Assembly: GCF_006345805.1 (NCBI RefSeq) | Contig: NC_042998.1 | Location: 190,216,001-190,280,000, forward strand | Direction: 5' to 3' | Length of the DNA: 64,000 nt | Origin: Octopus sinensis | Lineage: Eukaryota | Part shown: positions 37,120 through 49,769 of the stretch, one piece after another | Layout of the letters: the number at the start of each line of letters is the position of its first letter | Position numbering within the stretch: the stretch's first letter is position 1 | Program-made: the position numbers and the translations under genes | Notes under the pieces: generated by a model | The model's input: only the letters and a program-made list of their open reading frames with translations | What the model was told of the DNA's origin: nothing | Databases searched by the model: none

Positions 37120-38849
37120 TGTATTCAGCTAACCTATTGATAAGAAATAGAATGGGTGATAGATGGGCAGAGTAACAAAGTGAGTGGTAGATAGGCACTT
37201 AATATAAACATTAAAGATACCCAAATGTAGATAATACACATCACTATCTCCATCAACTTCTTCATAATTTTAGCACCCTTTTTCTCAAGATTACATGGGT
37301 TGCTGAGTCCTATTTGATATAGCACTTCACCACAAGTTGCAATCATCTGTCATCCCTTTCATGAAATTTAGTTTCTTGAAATAAGTCATAACCTCCTTGT
37401 TCCATGTTTTCTTTGATCTCTTTCTTTTTTTGGTGGTACCTCTGTACATGACTTGCATGGCTCTCACAAACCATTCATCTATCCATAGTTTTCTAAGCAA
37501 CCATCAGACTACAGACTGTGAAGCCCAACCAAATCCCTTCTTCAGGTCAACAAAAGATAAGCAGCGTGACTTACATTTAGTTTAGTACTTCTCCTAGGGT
37601 TGTCCCTATAGGAGAGTGTTTTGGTGGTACTCCTGCAAGCATAAACCCAAACTATATTGCATCTAGGCTAAATATCTTCCTAGTCCTTCTGTTGCTCCTT
37701 TTGTAATTTTTTTAGCCTCAGTGAAACTGAGTTCTGGAAGTGCTGTGTATTCCACCCACATATAACATTAATTCACACACCCTACCCCCAATGTAGCAAA
37801 CTACATCTCTTCTTCATGCATTATACTTATTTCTCCTTCCCCGACTCCTGCAGCCCAACACCAATCCGTCTTCTCTCTCTCTCTCACCTATCCTCCACCT
37901 GCCAACTATCCTTGCTACCCTGTTGCCTTCCTCCCATATACCTGTGTTTCAGCACTCGCTACATTCTCTCCACTCCCATTCTGCACTTTTATGAACTCCC
38001 TGCTCTTGCACCTTGGGGAATCCTCCTCCATTCCATTTATATTCACATCCTTGTACCTTGAGAGTATGCCCTAGCACACCACCACCACCATCTCTCTCAC
38101 TCTCTCTCTTTCTCTGATTGGGGTAACCATGTATCTCCTATACCGCAAGACACCTCTTTCCATCACTGTCATACTCTAAAGCTTTCATCAGTTGGCACAA
38201 AGCCACCTCCCTCAATACCACTTCCCCTCTCAGTTGAGGGATCTTTGTCTTGTAAGTTATGTGGTGACCTCGCCAGTGCTGGCAGAACATAAAGACATCC
38301 AGTTCACTCTGTGAAGTGGTTGGCATTAGGAAGAGTATCCAGATGTAAAAACCACGTCAAAACAGACAATGGAATTTGGCACAATCCTCTGGCTTACAGC
38401 TCCTCTTAAGAGTATTGAAGAGAGACACTAAATGAATTTGATGATGATGATGGTCCATCAACTTATGTCTTTGCCATTGCTTCTTTCTGGAGCATCTTCT
38501 TTCCTCTACAGTAGTAATAATACTGCTACAACAATCACTAGGTAGGACACCATTCTGTTTGACTATGCAGGCACCAAACATTTCATATTTTAAGCATCTC
38601 AGCAATTCTCCTTTATGATCCAGTTGGCTTCATGTTATACCACAAACAGTCACTTGGCTATAAATTACTATGGTGAAAAATCAAGGCAAATTCACCAAAG
38701 TCTCCTGACCAAATACAGAATCAATATGTTGTTCTCAGTCTTATGAGGGCAATGACATTTTCTTATATCACATAATGTTGACAAATATTGTTAATCATTA
38801 CATGACATCTCAAGTTAATGCATTATCAATTTGTAGCAATAGATTATTC

Positions 38850-39390
38850 AGTACATCTGCTCAGTGCTGACAGGGCCACTCTCCTCATTGACAAAAACAC
38901 AATCCAGAAAAGATGGGCAGTGCACTTCAACAAAATCCTGAGCAGGCCTTCCTCTATGCTGAGGCCAATGCTCACATGCACCAGAAAGCAATTAAACTCC
39001 TTTTAAATGGCAAAGCACTAGGTTATGGCCCCATCCCAACTGAAAAATATTAGGTAGGGAAGCCAGTCTTGACTCAAAAGCTCACCAACCTCTCTCAGAC
39101 CATGTGGCAACAGGAAATTGTTCCTCAGGAGTTCAAGGATGCTTCTATTTTCCATCTCTACAAGGGAAACAGGGAGTCCTGTGACAACCAGTGAGGACTT
39201 CCTCTCCTTGTAATCACTGGCAAAATAGCCACAAGAGTCCTCCTTAACCACCTCACCCAACACATGGCTGATGGGCATCTACTAGAGAATCAGTGAGGCT
39301 TCAGAGAAGGCCAAGGAACAATCAGCATGATGTTTGTAGCATGCCAACTTCAGGAGAAGTGTCAGGAACAAAACAGGGATTTGTTTTACT
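38850..39390 (+). mobile_element. RTE-type LINE RT-domain remnant
   Basis: LLSADRATLLIDKNTIQKRWAVHFNKIL; VPQEFKDASIFHLYK; GKIATRVLLNHL; GFREGQGTISMMFVACQLQEKCQEQNRDLF across frameshifts. Confidence 0.85.
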
Positions 39391-39734
39391 AAGTATATTA
39401 AATAATCAAGTTACACAAGTTCTCCTCTTCAATACCTTGGTTCATTTAAAATGGATATCAGATGCAATAATGAGAAACTTGATACTGATTTTCATATTAA
39501 TGATGCTAATTGTAAGGCACTATTACCTAATGTGAGCACTTAACTCTTAACGATGGGTTATTATCATGTATAGAAATTACTCCGATAAAAGTAAACAACT
39601 CATTTACTTTGACTATTACCCTAGTTATGTACCAAGTCTATATTTGGTGAATATAAAAAATTTAGCCTTCTTAATACACAGGCTCTTGTTTTGTACATTA
39701 GATTATATCCATTATTTCTACAATGCTCTTCAAT

Positions 39735-39950
39735 ATCTGGCAGTGTTTCTATAGCTGGATGCCCTTCCTAACACCAACCACTCCACGAGTGTAGTGGGTG
39801 CTTTTTATGTGCCACCTGCACAGGTGCCAGGGGGGTCTGGCATCGGCCACGATCAGTTGGTGCTTTTAATGTGCCACCGGCACGGAAGCCAGCCAAGGCG
39901 GCGCTGGCATCAGCCACGTTCGGATGGTGCTTTTATATGTGCCACCAGCA
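39735..39950 (-). mobile_element. SINE-like family D, tail missing
   Basis: Core plus internal repeats. Confidence 0.7.
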
Positions 39951-40734
39951 ATGAATTAATGTATCTACATTAAAGCTTACCATTGATTACACATTCACTA
40001 TCATGTGCCAGAAATAACTGGATATCTTGTAAATTATAGCACCTAAATTTGCATTTAATTGTAGAAGATAGATTCGTTTGAGCATCAGGTAGAATACCTT
40101 GTAGTTGTTCCACTTCTCTGCTCTCTGACATCAAATCCCTTCAAGGTAATTTAAAGACAGTACCAACTGAGAGTTGTGGATTGGCAGAGCTGTTCGAGTG
40201 TCAAATTAGATACCTTGTGGTATCTATCTTCTCCAGCTCTCTGCATACTGATAACAATGCCTACGAAAAAACTAATGCCAAGCTGATTCAACCGTCGCCT
40301 CTCCCCTGAACAACTTAAGTGATGTGGAGAGCACAGACTTACATGCATAGACAACACTAGAATTGCACAACAAAGCAACCTTGCACATGTCTGCATCATG
40401 AACAGGACCTTTCCAGATACAGATAAACTATACTGTCTAGAGGTTATTGATTGATAGAGAAATATGATGTGTAACAATTTTTACTCAGCTTAATGGAACT
40501 TTATTGACTTACTAACTACATCATATGTATGGTACTGTAATTGCAAGAACTGGGTACTGAAAATATCTATGAAAAAAAAAAAATAATAATAAATAAATAA
40601 ATAAAAATCTATTCTCTTCCCAAAAGGAATAAGCTGTAGAGTTATTGCCCTTTGATTGTATTTGCAGAATTCACTTTTTTCTATTTTTTTTTTGTGTACA
40701 ATTATCCTAAAATGTAATTTTTCCATGCATCCAT

Positions 40735-41060
40735 AGATTGGATGGGTCTTCAGCATAGTGTCATGTCACTTGTTACAGTTCTTCGTTATCTCCCTTGCAA
40801 AGTGCAGCCTCTTGAGATCAACTTTCACCACTTCTTCCTATGCCTTCTTTGATTTTTCCTCTTCAGCAGATTCCTTTTACTTGGGTTGCTTGACTCCTGG
40901 CTAAATATACCAGACATGAAGCTGATATTGTTCCTTGTTCCTCTCTTCTGTTCTTTCCAAACCTGTCTCTTAGCTTTTATGGCTCTATTTACTGTCACCT
41001 CCACTTGGGTTGCAACATTGCTCCTTGCACATATCTGGTCTGGGAGCTCACAGCAAGGTT
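40735..41060 (-). mobile_element. Highly decayed RTE-like 3' remnant
   Basis: Minus strand reads EEVVKVDLKRL...MLKTHP, a typical RTE C-terminus. Confidence 0.45.
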
Positions 41061-41204
41061 GTCTTATAGAAACTTCCAGCTGTCTTCAGTTATAAATTTC
41101 TATCTCCTCCTCCTCCTCTTTCACATAGCATCACTTAATACACTTCTGAACCTACATCTGTGTGAGGGATATTTCAGCCTCAACACCTCTCTTCTCTCAC
41201 TTTC

Positions 41205-41586
41205 TTTTATTCAACAATCACGCTCGGAGCACCATCCAAGCATGATCGTTGCCAGAGTAGCTATCTGGCCTCTGTGCCGGTGGCATGTAAAAGTGCACCA
41301 TTCGAGCTTGATTGTTACCAGCATCGCCTTACTGGCACCTGTGCCGGTGGCATGTGTAAAAGATTCAAGCGAGGTCGTTGCCAGTACCGCCTGACTGGTC
41401 CCATGCTGGTGGCACATAAAAGCACCCACTACACTCTCGGAGTGGTTGGCGTTAGGAAGGGCATCCAGCTGTAGAAACTCTGCCAGATCAAGATTGAAGC
41501 CTGGTGCAGCCATCTGGTTCACCAGCCCTCAGTCAACCGTCCAACCCATGCTAGCATGGAAAGCGGACGTTAAACGATGATGATGA
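41205..41586 (+). mobile_element. SINE-like family D
   Basis: Core, internal repeats and tail. Confidence 0.75.
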
Positions 41587-41794
41587 TTTCTTTTTGTTGG
41601 CCCTGATGCCAATTTTACTTAAAGTATTTATTCCACATCATTTCATGCATCAAACTACTGCCCGGGTATTTTGCCGATGGGAAACATAATGTGAAGACAT
41701 ATGGAGACACATGCATATTCATTCATTTGTTCCATAACCATTTCTTTAGCATGAGCTGGACATAAACTTATTACTGAGACATTATTTCTCATGC

Positions 41795-42046
41795 AGCGCT
41801 TTCCATGCTAGCATGGGTTGGACGATTTTGACTGAGGGCTGGCGAACTAGATAGCTACACCAGGCTCCAATCTTGATTGTAGTGGGTGCTACACTCTCGG
41901 AGTGGTTGGTGTTAGGAAGGGCATCCAGTTGTAGAAACTCTGCCAGATCAGATTGGAGTCTGGTGCAGCCATCTGGTTCGCCAGTCCTCAGTCAAAATCG
42001 TCCAACCCATGCTAGCATGGAAAGCGGACGTTAAATGATGATGATG
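41795..42046. mobile_element. Rearranged (fold-back) family D element
   Basis: 41795-41878 is the reverse complement of ~41948-42030. Confidence 0.7.
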
Positions 42047-43225
42047 CTTTTCCTGTCACTAATCTGTAGCTGTGTTTCAAATAAGGGATCATTTTATTCC
42101 ACTTGTCTTGAAAGTGCAGGGCTGGAAGATGATCTGTTGACAGCAAATGTCAACATAAATTTACCATTTTGTTCAAATGCTTCCAATGTGTAAACATTTA
42201 CACACACACACACAGAGGTTACTAATTCCATTCATAAGGCATTAGTTGGTCTGAGGTTACAGTAGAAAACACTTGCCAAAATATACACATACACACATAT
42301 TACAGGCTTCCATACAGTTGCCATCTAACAAATTTCACTCACAAGGCATTTGTCATTTTGAGGTTATTGTAAAAGACACTTGCCCAAAGTGTCATAGTGA
42401 GATTATTTCTGAAACTAGTTGTGCAGCTGCCTTGTGGATCACACAGCCATGTCTCCCTCTCTCTGAAAGAGATAGATCAGATCAAAATGATCTATTACTG
42501 GTAAGTGTGTAAACCTGCACTACCTATCCATGACTGAATAATTTGCAACTAAATTGGCAGAGCCACTCTTGGTTCTCATCCTGTTTTGTGGAGGATGTAT
42601 GGACATCTAAGACCAAAACCAATATCTGTCAAGAAGAATAGATGAACTCAACAGGGAGGCAATAGCCATGCATTAAATCTACAAACTGAGTAAAGGCCCC
42701 ATTAAAGTTTTGTAGTCTAGCATTGTTGACTCTTAGTAACCCCTACAATTGGCTGTTTCTCTCAGACATACTTGCTTTGCTTTTCCTCTAAGTTAAGGGA
42801 GACCCAGGTGAGAAAAAATTCTTGATAATTGCAATGGCCACCTAAGTTAAATTCCAAAAACTACTCTAAAACATAGTAGGACCTTGTCATTATTCTTACC
42901 CTTTAACATAAAGAACATTAGAGATGTATCTTCAGAAATGTATAAAATATTCCATGCCATTATAAGAAAGAAATGGCTTCAAGCCAGCAGTAAAGAAAAT
43001 ATAGCTGAAAGAATATAGAGAAAATTAGAGAAAGAGGAAAATTTGCACATTCAAAAGTAGCCAGCATAATAAAAAAAAGAGTTTAGTTCCTTTGCGTTTT
43101 TTTGTGTTTTTTTTTTGTTAGTATTTATGGAATCAGAAGATTTTGTTTAGTACAATATGAAAAAAATGCCAAATAGAACAGGAAGCAAAGATGTCGATTA
43201 GAGAGAATGGAATAGCTTTACATAC

Positions 43226-43413
43226 CTAGAGGGTCCATTCTCTGCTCTTTCTGCACGCAACCAATCATTGTCTACAGGTGGAGGGAGTGGAGTAGTCACT
43301 GTACTAGTGGTCACTTCACTAATTATATTCAATGCTTCTTTGGTAGCATGATACATGCGCAGAATTTCTTCTCTTCTCATGGCCTCTTCAGAGGATTCTT
43401 CCATTAAAGTATT
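43226..43413 (-). CDS. DNM1: Dynamin exon, GED end: [62 protein letters not shown](R)
   Basis: Acceptor ctattag|AAT, donor CTAG|gtatgt, 188 nt, phase 0 to 2. Overlaps ORF 43198..43404; contains the NTLMEES...LRMYH..KEAL and PPPVD..WL motifs. Confidence 0.97.
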
Positions 43414-43715
43414 CTAATAGATACAGAAACAAAAATTTCTCTTATACTCTTTTAAATGTAAATAAAATTAATAAGAATATGGTGGAATACAGGAAGAAAT
43501 AGAATAGTTGTGTAGCAGCAACCAGTCATCATCATTGTATGTAAGTGATATATATTTGAAGAGAAAGAAAGCAAATTAATTTAGTGGTTTAAAAATATTT
43601 TTCTTATCAATAATTCTTATCTCTTAAAAAAATATTACAATTTCTCTTCAGTGTCTTTGAGATTTTTCACAAAATTTTCATTTACTTTCTACGATATACA
43701 TATATGAGCACTACT

Positions 43716-44632
43716 GGTCTTGATGATGAAATTTCGTGTAGAACCAGGAAGGATAGTAAATACTTTTGGTAGGCTTGACAAGCATCTCTGGTCAAACCAT
43801 ATTATATATTTCCAAATTAAAGTTAGAGTTTATAGCATGTGTGTTCTGCCATCATTGCTCCATGGAAGTGAGACATGGGTTGTTTATCATAGGCATTTAA
43901 GGCATTTGGAATTGTATCATCAATATTGTCTTAGGAAAATTCTAGGCCATCAGTGATGTGGAGGTACTTGAGAGAAGTGGTAATAGGAGTATAGAATCGA
44001 TGATTCTGCAAAGTCGTTTGAGGTGGGGGGGGGTGGACATCTGGTGAGAATTAATGGTGAAAGACTTTCTACACAACTTTTGTATGGTGAGCTGGAAGAT
44101 GGTTGGAGGCCAGCACATAAACCCAAAATGTGGTCCAAGGACCGCCTCAGAACTGCTCTGACACAGTCAGAAATTTCAGTTGTTGATTGAGAAAGAAAGG
44201 CACAAGGCCAAGATAGATGGAGGAAAAGAGTGCATAGTGGTTGTTTGAAGTTTGAAAAAGAGAGAGAATAAAACACAAGAAGATCAAGAGAAGGCTTAGA
44301 AAGAATGAACCTGTGGAAAATGAGGGAATTTTGTTTTTTTATGTGTGTGATTCATGGGAGGAAATGCTTGAGTCATGCAGGCCTGGTCAGCCACCAGAGA
44401 AGTGACTGGAAATAACCCCTTGTAAATTGTGACATGGCTATTGTTCACAACAGAACATGTGCAACTTGTGGGAAAGGTGTGCCTTTCAGTTGGAGAATTG
44501 AAAAGGCTGGTCAAAAGACTTTGTGGCACCTGTTTCCCCTGCCAACCAGCACAGCTGTGTATTATGCAATAGAATGTGCAAATCTTTGGCCGGGCTCAAG
44601 AGTCATACAAGGGTCTCACTTTGCATCATAAA
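43716..44632 (+). mobile_element. RTE-type LINE 3' remnant (RT C-terminus), antisense to dynamin
   Basis: KVRVYSMCVLPSLLHGSETWVVYHRHLRHLELYHQYCLRKIL, then frameshifted SIESMILQSRLRWGG..QLLYGELEDG..RWRKRVHSG and a CxxC near the end. Confidence 0.85.
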
Positions 44633-44998
44633 TGACTAATTTCAATGATTCTTTTTAGAAATGGCTTTGCTCGTATACGAGAAAGCAGCTACTATATATA
44701 TATTGAGTTTCTTGTAGTATGGTCAAAATCAAAATATGACTCCAAAATTCCAGGTAGAACAAAATAAATAGTTGTGTAACCGTTGCAGCTCACTGTCCCT
44801 CTTTCTCTCACCCAATATCAATCAGCTACCTCATGCAGGTGTTTAGCAGACAAACACAAACACACAATAACATGTATGATTGATATAATAAGATACTCTG
44901 ACAAATACTTGTAAAAATTCAAAGCCTCATTTTCAAAGTCAATTGTAAAATGCAAACTTTAGAGCAGATTTCTATAAAAGTTTGTGAATAATATTTAC

Positions 44999-45058
44999 CT
45001 GATCAGCAGACGCATACAACTGAGCCAACATTTCTCCACCACTTATAAAATCTTTCAC
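44999..45058 (-). CDS. DNM1: Dynamin exon, GED: VKDFISGGEMLAQLYASADQ
   Basis: Acceptor cattccag|GTG, donor CAG|gtaaat, 60 nt, phase 0 to 0. Aligns to human TKEFIFSELLANLYSCGDQ (recalled). Confidence 0.93.
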
Positions 45059-45995
45059 CTGGAATGAATCAAAACAAAAGACAATTAAAGCAATTTTATT
45101 TTTATTTTTCATCCATTCTTGTATCAGAATGAAAATTAAATAAATAAAGACAATCTAACAATCTTCCATTCCAACTCCACAACTATTATGATAAATTGTA
45201 ACACAAGAACAAGGCAAAACATTTACAGGGAGGGATGCAGTTGATTTAACCATCAATTCTGGTGCTTGACTGGTTCTTGTTTTATCAACCTCAGAATGAT
45301 CAAAAGCATACATTTTATCAGGCACTCTACTGATACTGCTATCCACTGCTCTCACTGCAACCATCTTCAGAAGGTACACTTTAATAGTTGCACTATTGAA
45401 TACCTCCACTTGGTCTTTGAGTAACTTTAGCATAGCTTTTTTACTCCATTACAGATATTCAAACCAAATTCCCTGTTCCCTCTGCACTCATATTCTTCTT
45501 ATAATAATAATAATAATAAACATTGTGTACAGTGCCCAGGTGCACTACAACTCATCGAAAGTGTATATATAATCAGGTGTAGTTTCGACGGATTTCGGAA
45601 AGCATGAGGGCCTTAAAGGATGCAGTGTCATGGCAGTCAACAACTGACGCAGGCAGTTTATTCCAGTCATTAACCTACAAATGTTCAAACTAAACATCAC
45701 TACACCAATCCCAACACCCTGATGGGAGTTCATACAAATCCCATGTAGCTTCACCTCCTACACTGGATATCTTATAAAAGTAATAAAAATAACAACATTG
45801 ACACAAAACCACAAATCTAAAGTGGAGAAATATAACCTATTTAACAGGCCTCAGTACATGATTGGTACCGCATCCTATCAACTGCGGGATGAAAGGAAAA
45901 GACTTGTTTGGTGGTATTTGAAATCAGAACTGAAAGAACACAGCATAAGGCATTCAATCTAGCCCACTCCCAATCGGCCACTAAACTGTTATAAT

Positions 45996-46396
45996 TCATC
46001 ATCATCATCATCGTCGTTTAACGTCCGTTTTCCGCGCTAGCACGGGTTGGACGGTTCGACCGGGGTCTGGGAAGCCAGGGGCTGCTCCAGGCTCCAGTCT
46101 GATCTGGCAGAGTTTCTACGGCTGGATGCCCTCCCTAACGCCAACCACTCCGCAAGTGTAGTGGGTGCTTTTTACGTGCCACCCGCACAGGTGTCAGGGG
46201 GGGTGGGTCCGGCATTGTCCACGATCGGTTGGAGCTTTTAATGTGCCAGCGGCACGGAAGCCAGCCAAGGTGGCACTGGCAACGTTCGGATGGTGCTTTT
46301 TATGTGCCACCGGCACAGAAGCCAGTCGGGGTGGCGCTGGCATCGGCCACGTTCGGATGGTGCTTTTTATGTGCCACCGGCACAGAAGCCAGTCAA
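45996..46396 (-). mobile_element. SINE-like family D, 60 nt from a dynamin donor site
   Basis: Tail on the left; four internal repeat anchors. Confidence 0.8.
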
Positions 46397-46456
46397 ATTG
46401 TAAGCAATAAATAAATGAAATTAGTGAGTATTATAAGTACCAAAATCTATACTTAC

Positions 46457-46603
46457 ATCATTTACTATTAGATGCATAATAGTTTTTGGAACCAAATCCC
46501 GATGTGTTTTGTAAACTAATCTCATGTAGGAATCTACTAAATTTCTGATGGTCTCCACTTGTCGCTCCAGCTGAGGATCCATGGATGTATTGTCATCTTT
46601 TGA
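46457..46603 (-). CDS. DNM1: Dynamin exon, stalk/GED start: [49 protein letters not shown]
   Basis: Acceptor gttttag|TCA, donor GAT|gtaagt, 147 nt, phase 0 to 0. [19 protein letters not shown] is the conserved dynamin motif. Confidence 0.97.
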
Positions 46604-47006
46604 CTAAAACAATAAAGATAGTAAATAACAATAAAATAGGTAAAAAAAAATAAATAAAGTTCCATTGTTTAATTTTGAATGTTATTGTTATGAAAAACTA
46701 AGTGTAAAGTAAATTTAAGATAAAATTTAATTTTAAAAAATAAGAGGAAAGGAGAGGTATAAAACTGAGATGATATAATTTCTATTTTTCTTTTACTGAA
46801 CAAAATAACATTTTCATAGTAAAATACAAATATAGATAAAGAGAGAATACCAAACTCATTCCCTATGGATACCGTATTAATTACAACGAGTGGCTTGTAA
46901 ACGTATCTAACGAGCGAAAGTGTTCTCACTCACATGTGTGCAATAAAACCTAATTTGAATATCTACCTTATTTTCTTTCAAAAAGGTAAAAGAATAAAAC
47001 GGTTAC

Positions 47007-47133
47007 CTCATCACCCTTATCTTGGGCTTTCTCTGGGTAAACACCAGCTCGTAGGAATGATGCCTTCCAACTGTCTATTTCTTCTTGACTTTCAGCAGAC
47101 AATTCTAGCTGCTTATAGTCTTTGTACACATTC
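47007..47133 (-). CDS. DNM1: Dynamin exon, end of PH domain: (R)[42 protein letters not shown]
   Basis: Acceptor attatag|G, donor GAG|gtaacc, 127 nt, phase 2 to 0. Contains the diagnostic NVYKDY and [14 protein letters not shown] motifs. Confidence 0.97.
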
Positions 47134-47294
47134 CTATAATGCAAACAACAAAAGCAATTAAAATATTTTTCTATTAAATGTGAAATTTATTAATGAATTA
47201 CTTTTAAAAAATTTCCTGAAAAGGAAAAAAAAATTTTTAATATTTACTAAGATTTACTAAAATAGCTGACATAAGTGAGTGGGTTAGTAATATT

Positions 47295-47500
47295 GGTTGC
47301 AAATTTTGGCACAAGGCCAGCAATTTCTTGGGAGTGGAGTAAGTCAATTACATTAACCCCAGTGTTCAACTGGTATTTATTTTATTGACCCTCAAAGGAT
47401 GAAAATGCAAAGTCGACCTCAACTGCATTCGAACTCAGAACATAAAGTCAGAAGAAATGTTGCAATGCAATTTTTCCAGCATGGTAATGATTCTGTCTGT
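47295..47500 (-). mobile_element. SINE family B-like, diverged
   Basis: aagtcgacctc..gaactcagaac..atgattctgtc. Confidence 0.55.
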
Positions 47501-47859
47501 TCATTACCTTAAAACAGGTTAGTAATATTAAAACTAAATACAATAGGTAATTAACATGTTTAAATGAATAAATGTTTACAAATGACGAATGCTCTTGAGA
47601 AATAGGGTTAAGTATGATATAATTAACAAACTGCATAGAAGCATCTTAACAATTTGCAGCATCAAGATCTCTTCTAAATGAAATTTTCCGCTTGATTTGC
47701 AGTTTGGACATGTGATTACAGGTTGATCAATTTCTGAGTAACACAGATCATCACATATTTGTAATAAGTAACGATGATGATGATGATGATTCATTTGACT
47801 AAAATCAAGTTTGTAGAGAACAGTGTTTCCTCAAGATACATGTTTGTAACAATATATAA

Positions 47860-48120
47860 ACAACCAGAGCGTCGGATGCGGGGTCACTCCGAAAAGCTCT
47901 ATCTGCGACGATTTCATCTCAATCGAAGGAGCGGGGCTTTCTCCATCCGGATTGCAGATCCGTGGAATAAGCTGCCGGACAAGATAGTGAAGGTGCCGAC
48001 GACCGCTCGGTTCAAAGTCTCTTTTGACCAGAAATGGCCTGAACTCTTTGCATGAACACCACCCTGTACATAACTCCATGTCCCCTTACATGGCCTTGCT
48101 TTTTGGTTTTTGAGCCAAAA
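47860..48120 (+). mobile_element. CR1-like LINE 3' end
   Basis: MRGHSEKLYLRRFHLNRRSGAFSIRIADPWNKLPDKIVKVPTTARFK. Confidence 0.8.
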
Positions 48121-49125
48121 AATTAACTTAACTATCTCTTGACACCAGTAATTTAAATGTACAGACTGTCTTTTAGATATTGTGTTTAGAAAAAAGAACT
48201 ACAGTTAAACTGTAAGTTACATTTGTATCTACAAGTTAAAAACTACCTAAAACTTATCATAAATTTCAATTTCTCTAAATGCCTTTGACTTTTGCATCAT
48301 CATCATTAAATAATTTATTAAAATTATTTATTTTCAATAAATAAATATTACGAAGAGAAGTTTACCAAACTGATTATTTCTTGTATAGATTTATAGGAAA
48401 GGAGAAAACTCTGTAATGTTCATTTCTGAATGAAGAATATGTATATAATAACTGGTTTTAAATTACTATTCAGATATCTAACGAAAGATAATTGAATATA
48501 TTTCAATGTTATATTCTTCATTAGTCTCTTCTGCTTTTAGTAACAATGTTTGCTTCAGTTCTTTTTATTAAACAATTATCACTTTTAGCTGATAAACAAC
48601 AATCAACCACAACTTATTCAACAGTCTCCTTTCATTCTCTGAACCACCTGTCGTTTCTCTGGCAGACACTAATTTAAGATCATTTTTTAAAACAAAGCTA
48701 TGCTGGTAAATAAAATACTTTTCTTATTTTTAGAAACATTTTCCCAGAGAGGACAGAGCCTTATTTGAAAGCAAAAATTCAGCTAAACATGGAATAGCCT
48801 CTAGAAAACTGCAACAAGTACAAATTGGATTTCACCATAATTATTCATTATCAAAATATTCTCTACTAAGAAATCTACAATTCTTAGCTAACACTTCAAA
48901 TGATATACTCACTTTGATATACAAATCATAGTCATTTTAAAACATATCTCTATCTTCCCTTAAAACACTAAGGCTCATATATAATGATATGGATTTTAGG
49001 TATAAGTCACATACACCAGATTTCTTTGGTTTTTATCTCCACTTATTTAGAGGAGGAAGGGAAGTACACATGAACTTTTACAGAGCCTTCTAAACTAGTG
49101 GAAAGGAAGAGCTTATCCTCAGATT

Positions 49126-49487
49126 AGGTGCAGGAGTGGCTGTGTGGTAAGTAGCTTGCTTACTGACTACATGGTTCCGGCTTCAGTCCCACTGCATGGC
49201 ACCTTGGGCAAGTATTTTCTACTATAGCCTCGGGCCAACCAAAGCCTAATGAATGGATTTGGTAGACAGAAACTGAAGGAAGCCCACGTATATATGTGTG
49301 TCTGTGTTTGTTCACCCACTATTGCTTGACAACCATTGTTGGTGTGTTTATGTCCCCGTAACTTAGCAGTTTGGCAAAAGAGACTGATAGAATAAGTACT
49401 AGGCTTACAAAGAATAAGTCATAGGATTGATTTGTTCAACTAAAGGCAGTGCTCCAGCATGGCCACAGTCAAATGACTGAAACAAAT
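49126..49487 (+). mobile_element. SINE family A
   Basis: aggtgcaggagtggctgtgtggtaag...ctgaaacaaataaaa. Confidence 0.75.
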
Positions 49488-49769
49488 AAAATTTTAAAAA
49501 AAACCTAACCCAAAAGAAAAGCCTGCAACAGAATGTAAGCTGCTAAAGGCCACACAGTGACAAAATAGTGATATTTTACTAGACAATGGATCGAGTTTAC
49601 TATACAAAAAGAAAATCAGTTCCTAATTATGGGTTTCCACATAACCCACATGGTTTTGGTCCACCCAAGGCTATGATAGAAGACCCTTGCTCAAAGTGCT
49701 GCATGGCAGGATTTGTTTGAACCCCCCTTTGCTTGCGAAGACCTGTTGGGGCAAGTGAAATCGAAATCG

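Noticed and set aside
40513-40556. AG...GTAAGT exon-like unit in the GED-PRD intron
   Set aside because: 44 nt breaks the frame; the 54-nt version from the upstream AG has an in-frame TGA.
45155-45433. 92-aa minus-strand ORF between dynamin exons
   Set aside because: No dynamin similarity; overlaps decayed repeat-like sequence; the true exon is 44999-45058.
46860-46930. CpG-rich intron patch partly complementary to exon 47007-47133 (ACGAGC..GTGTT); possible editing-complementary sequence
   Set aside because: Only 6+5 bp of pairing visible; too weak without folding or editing data.
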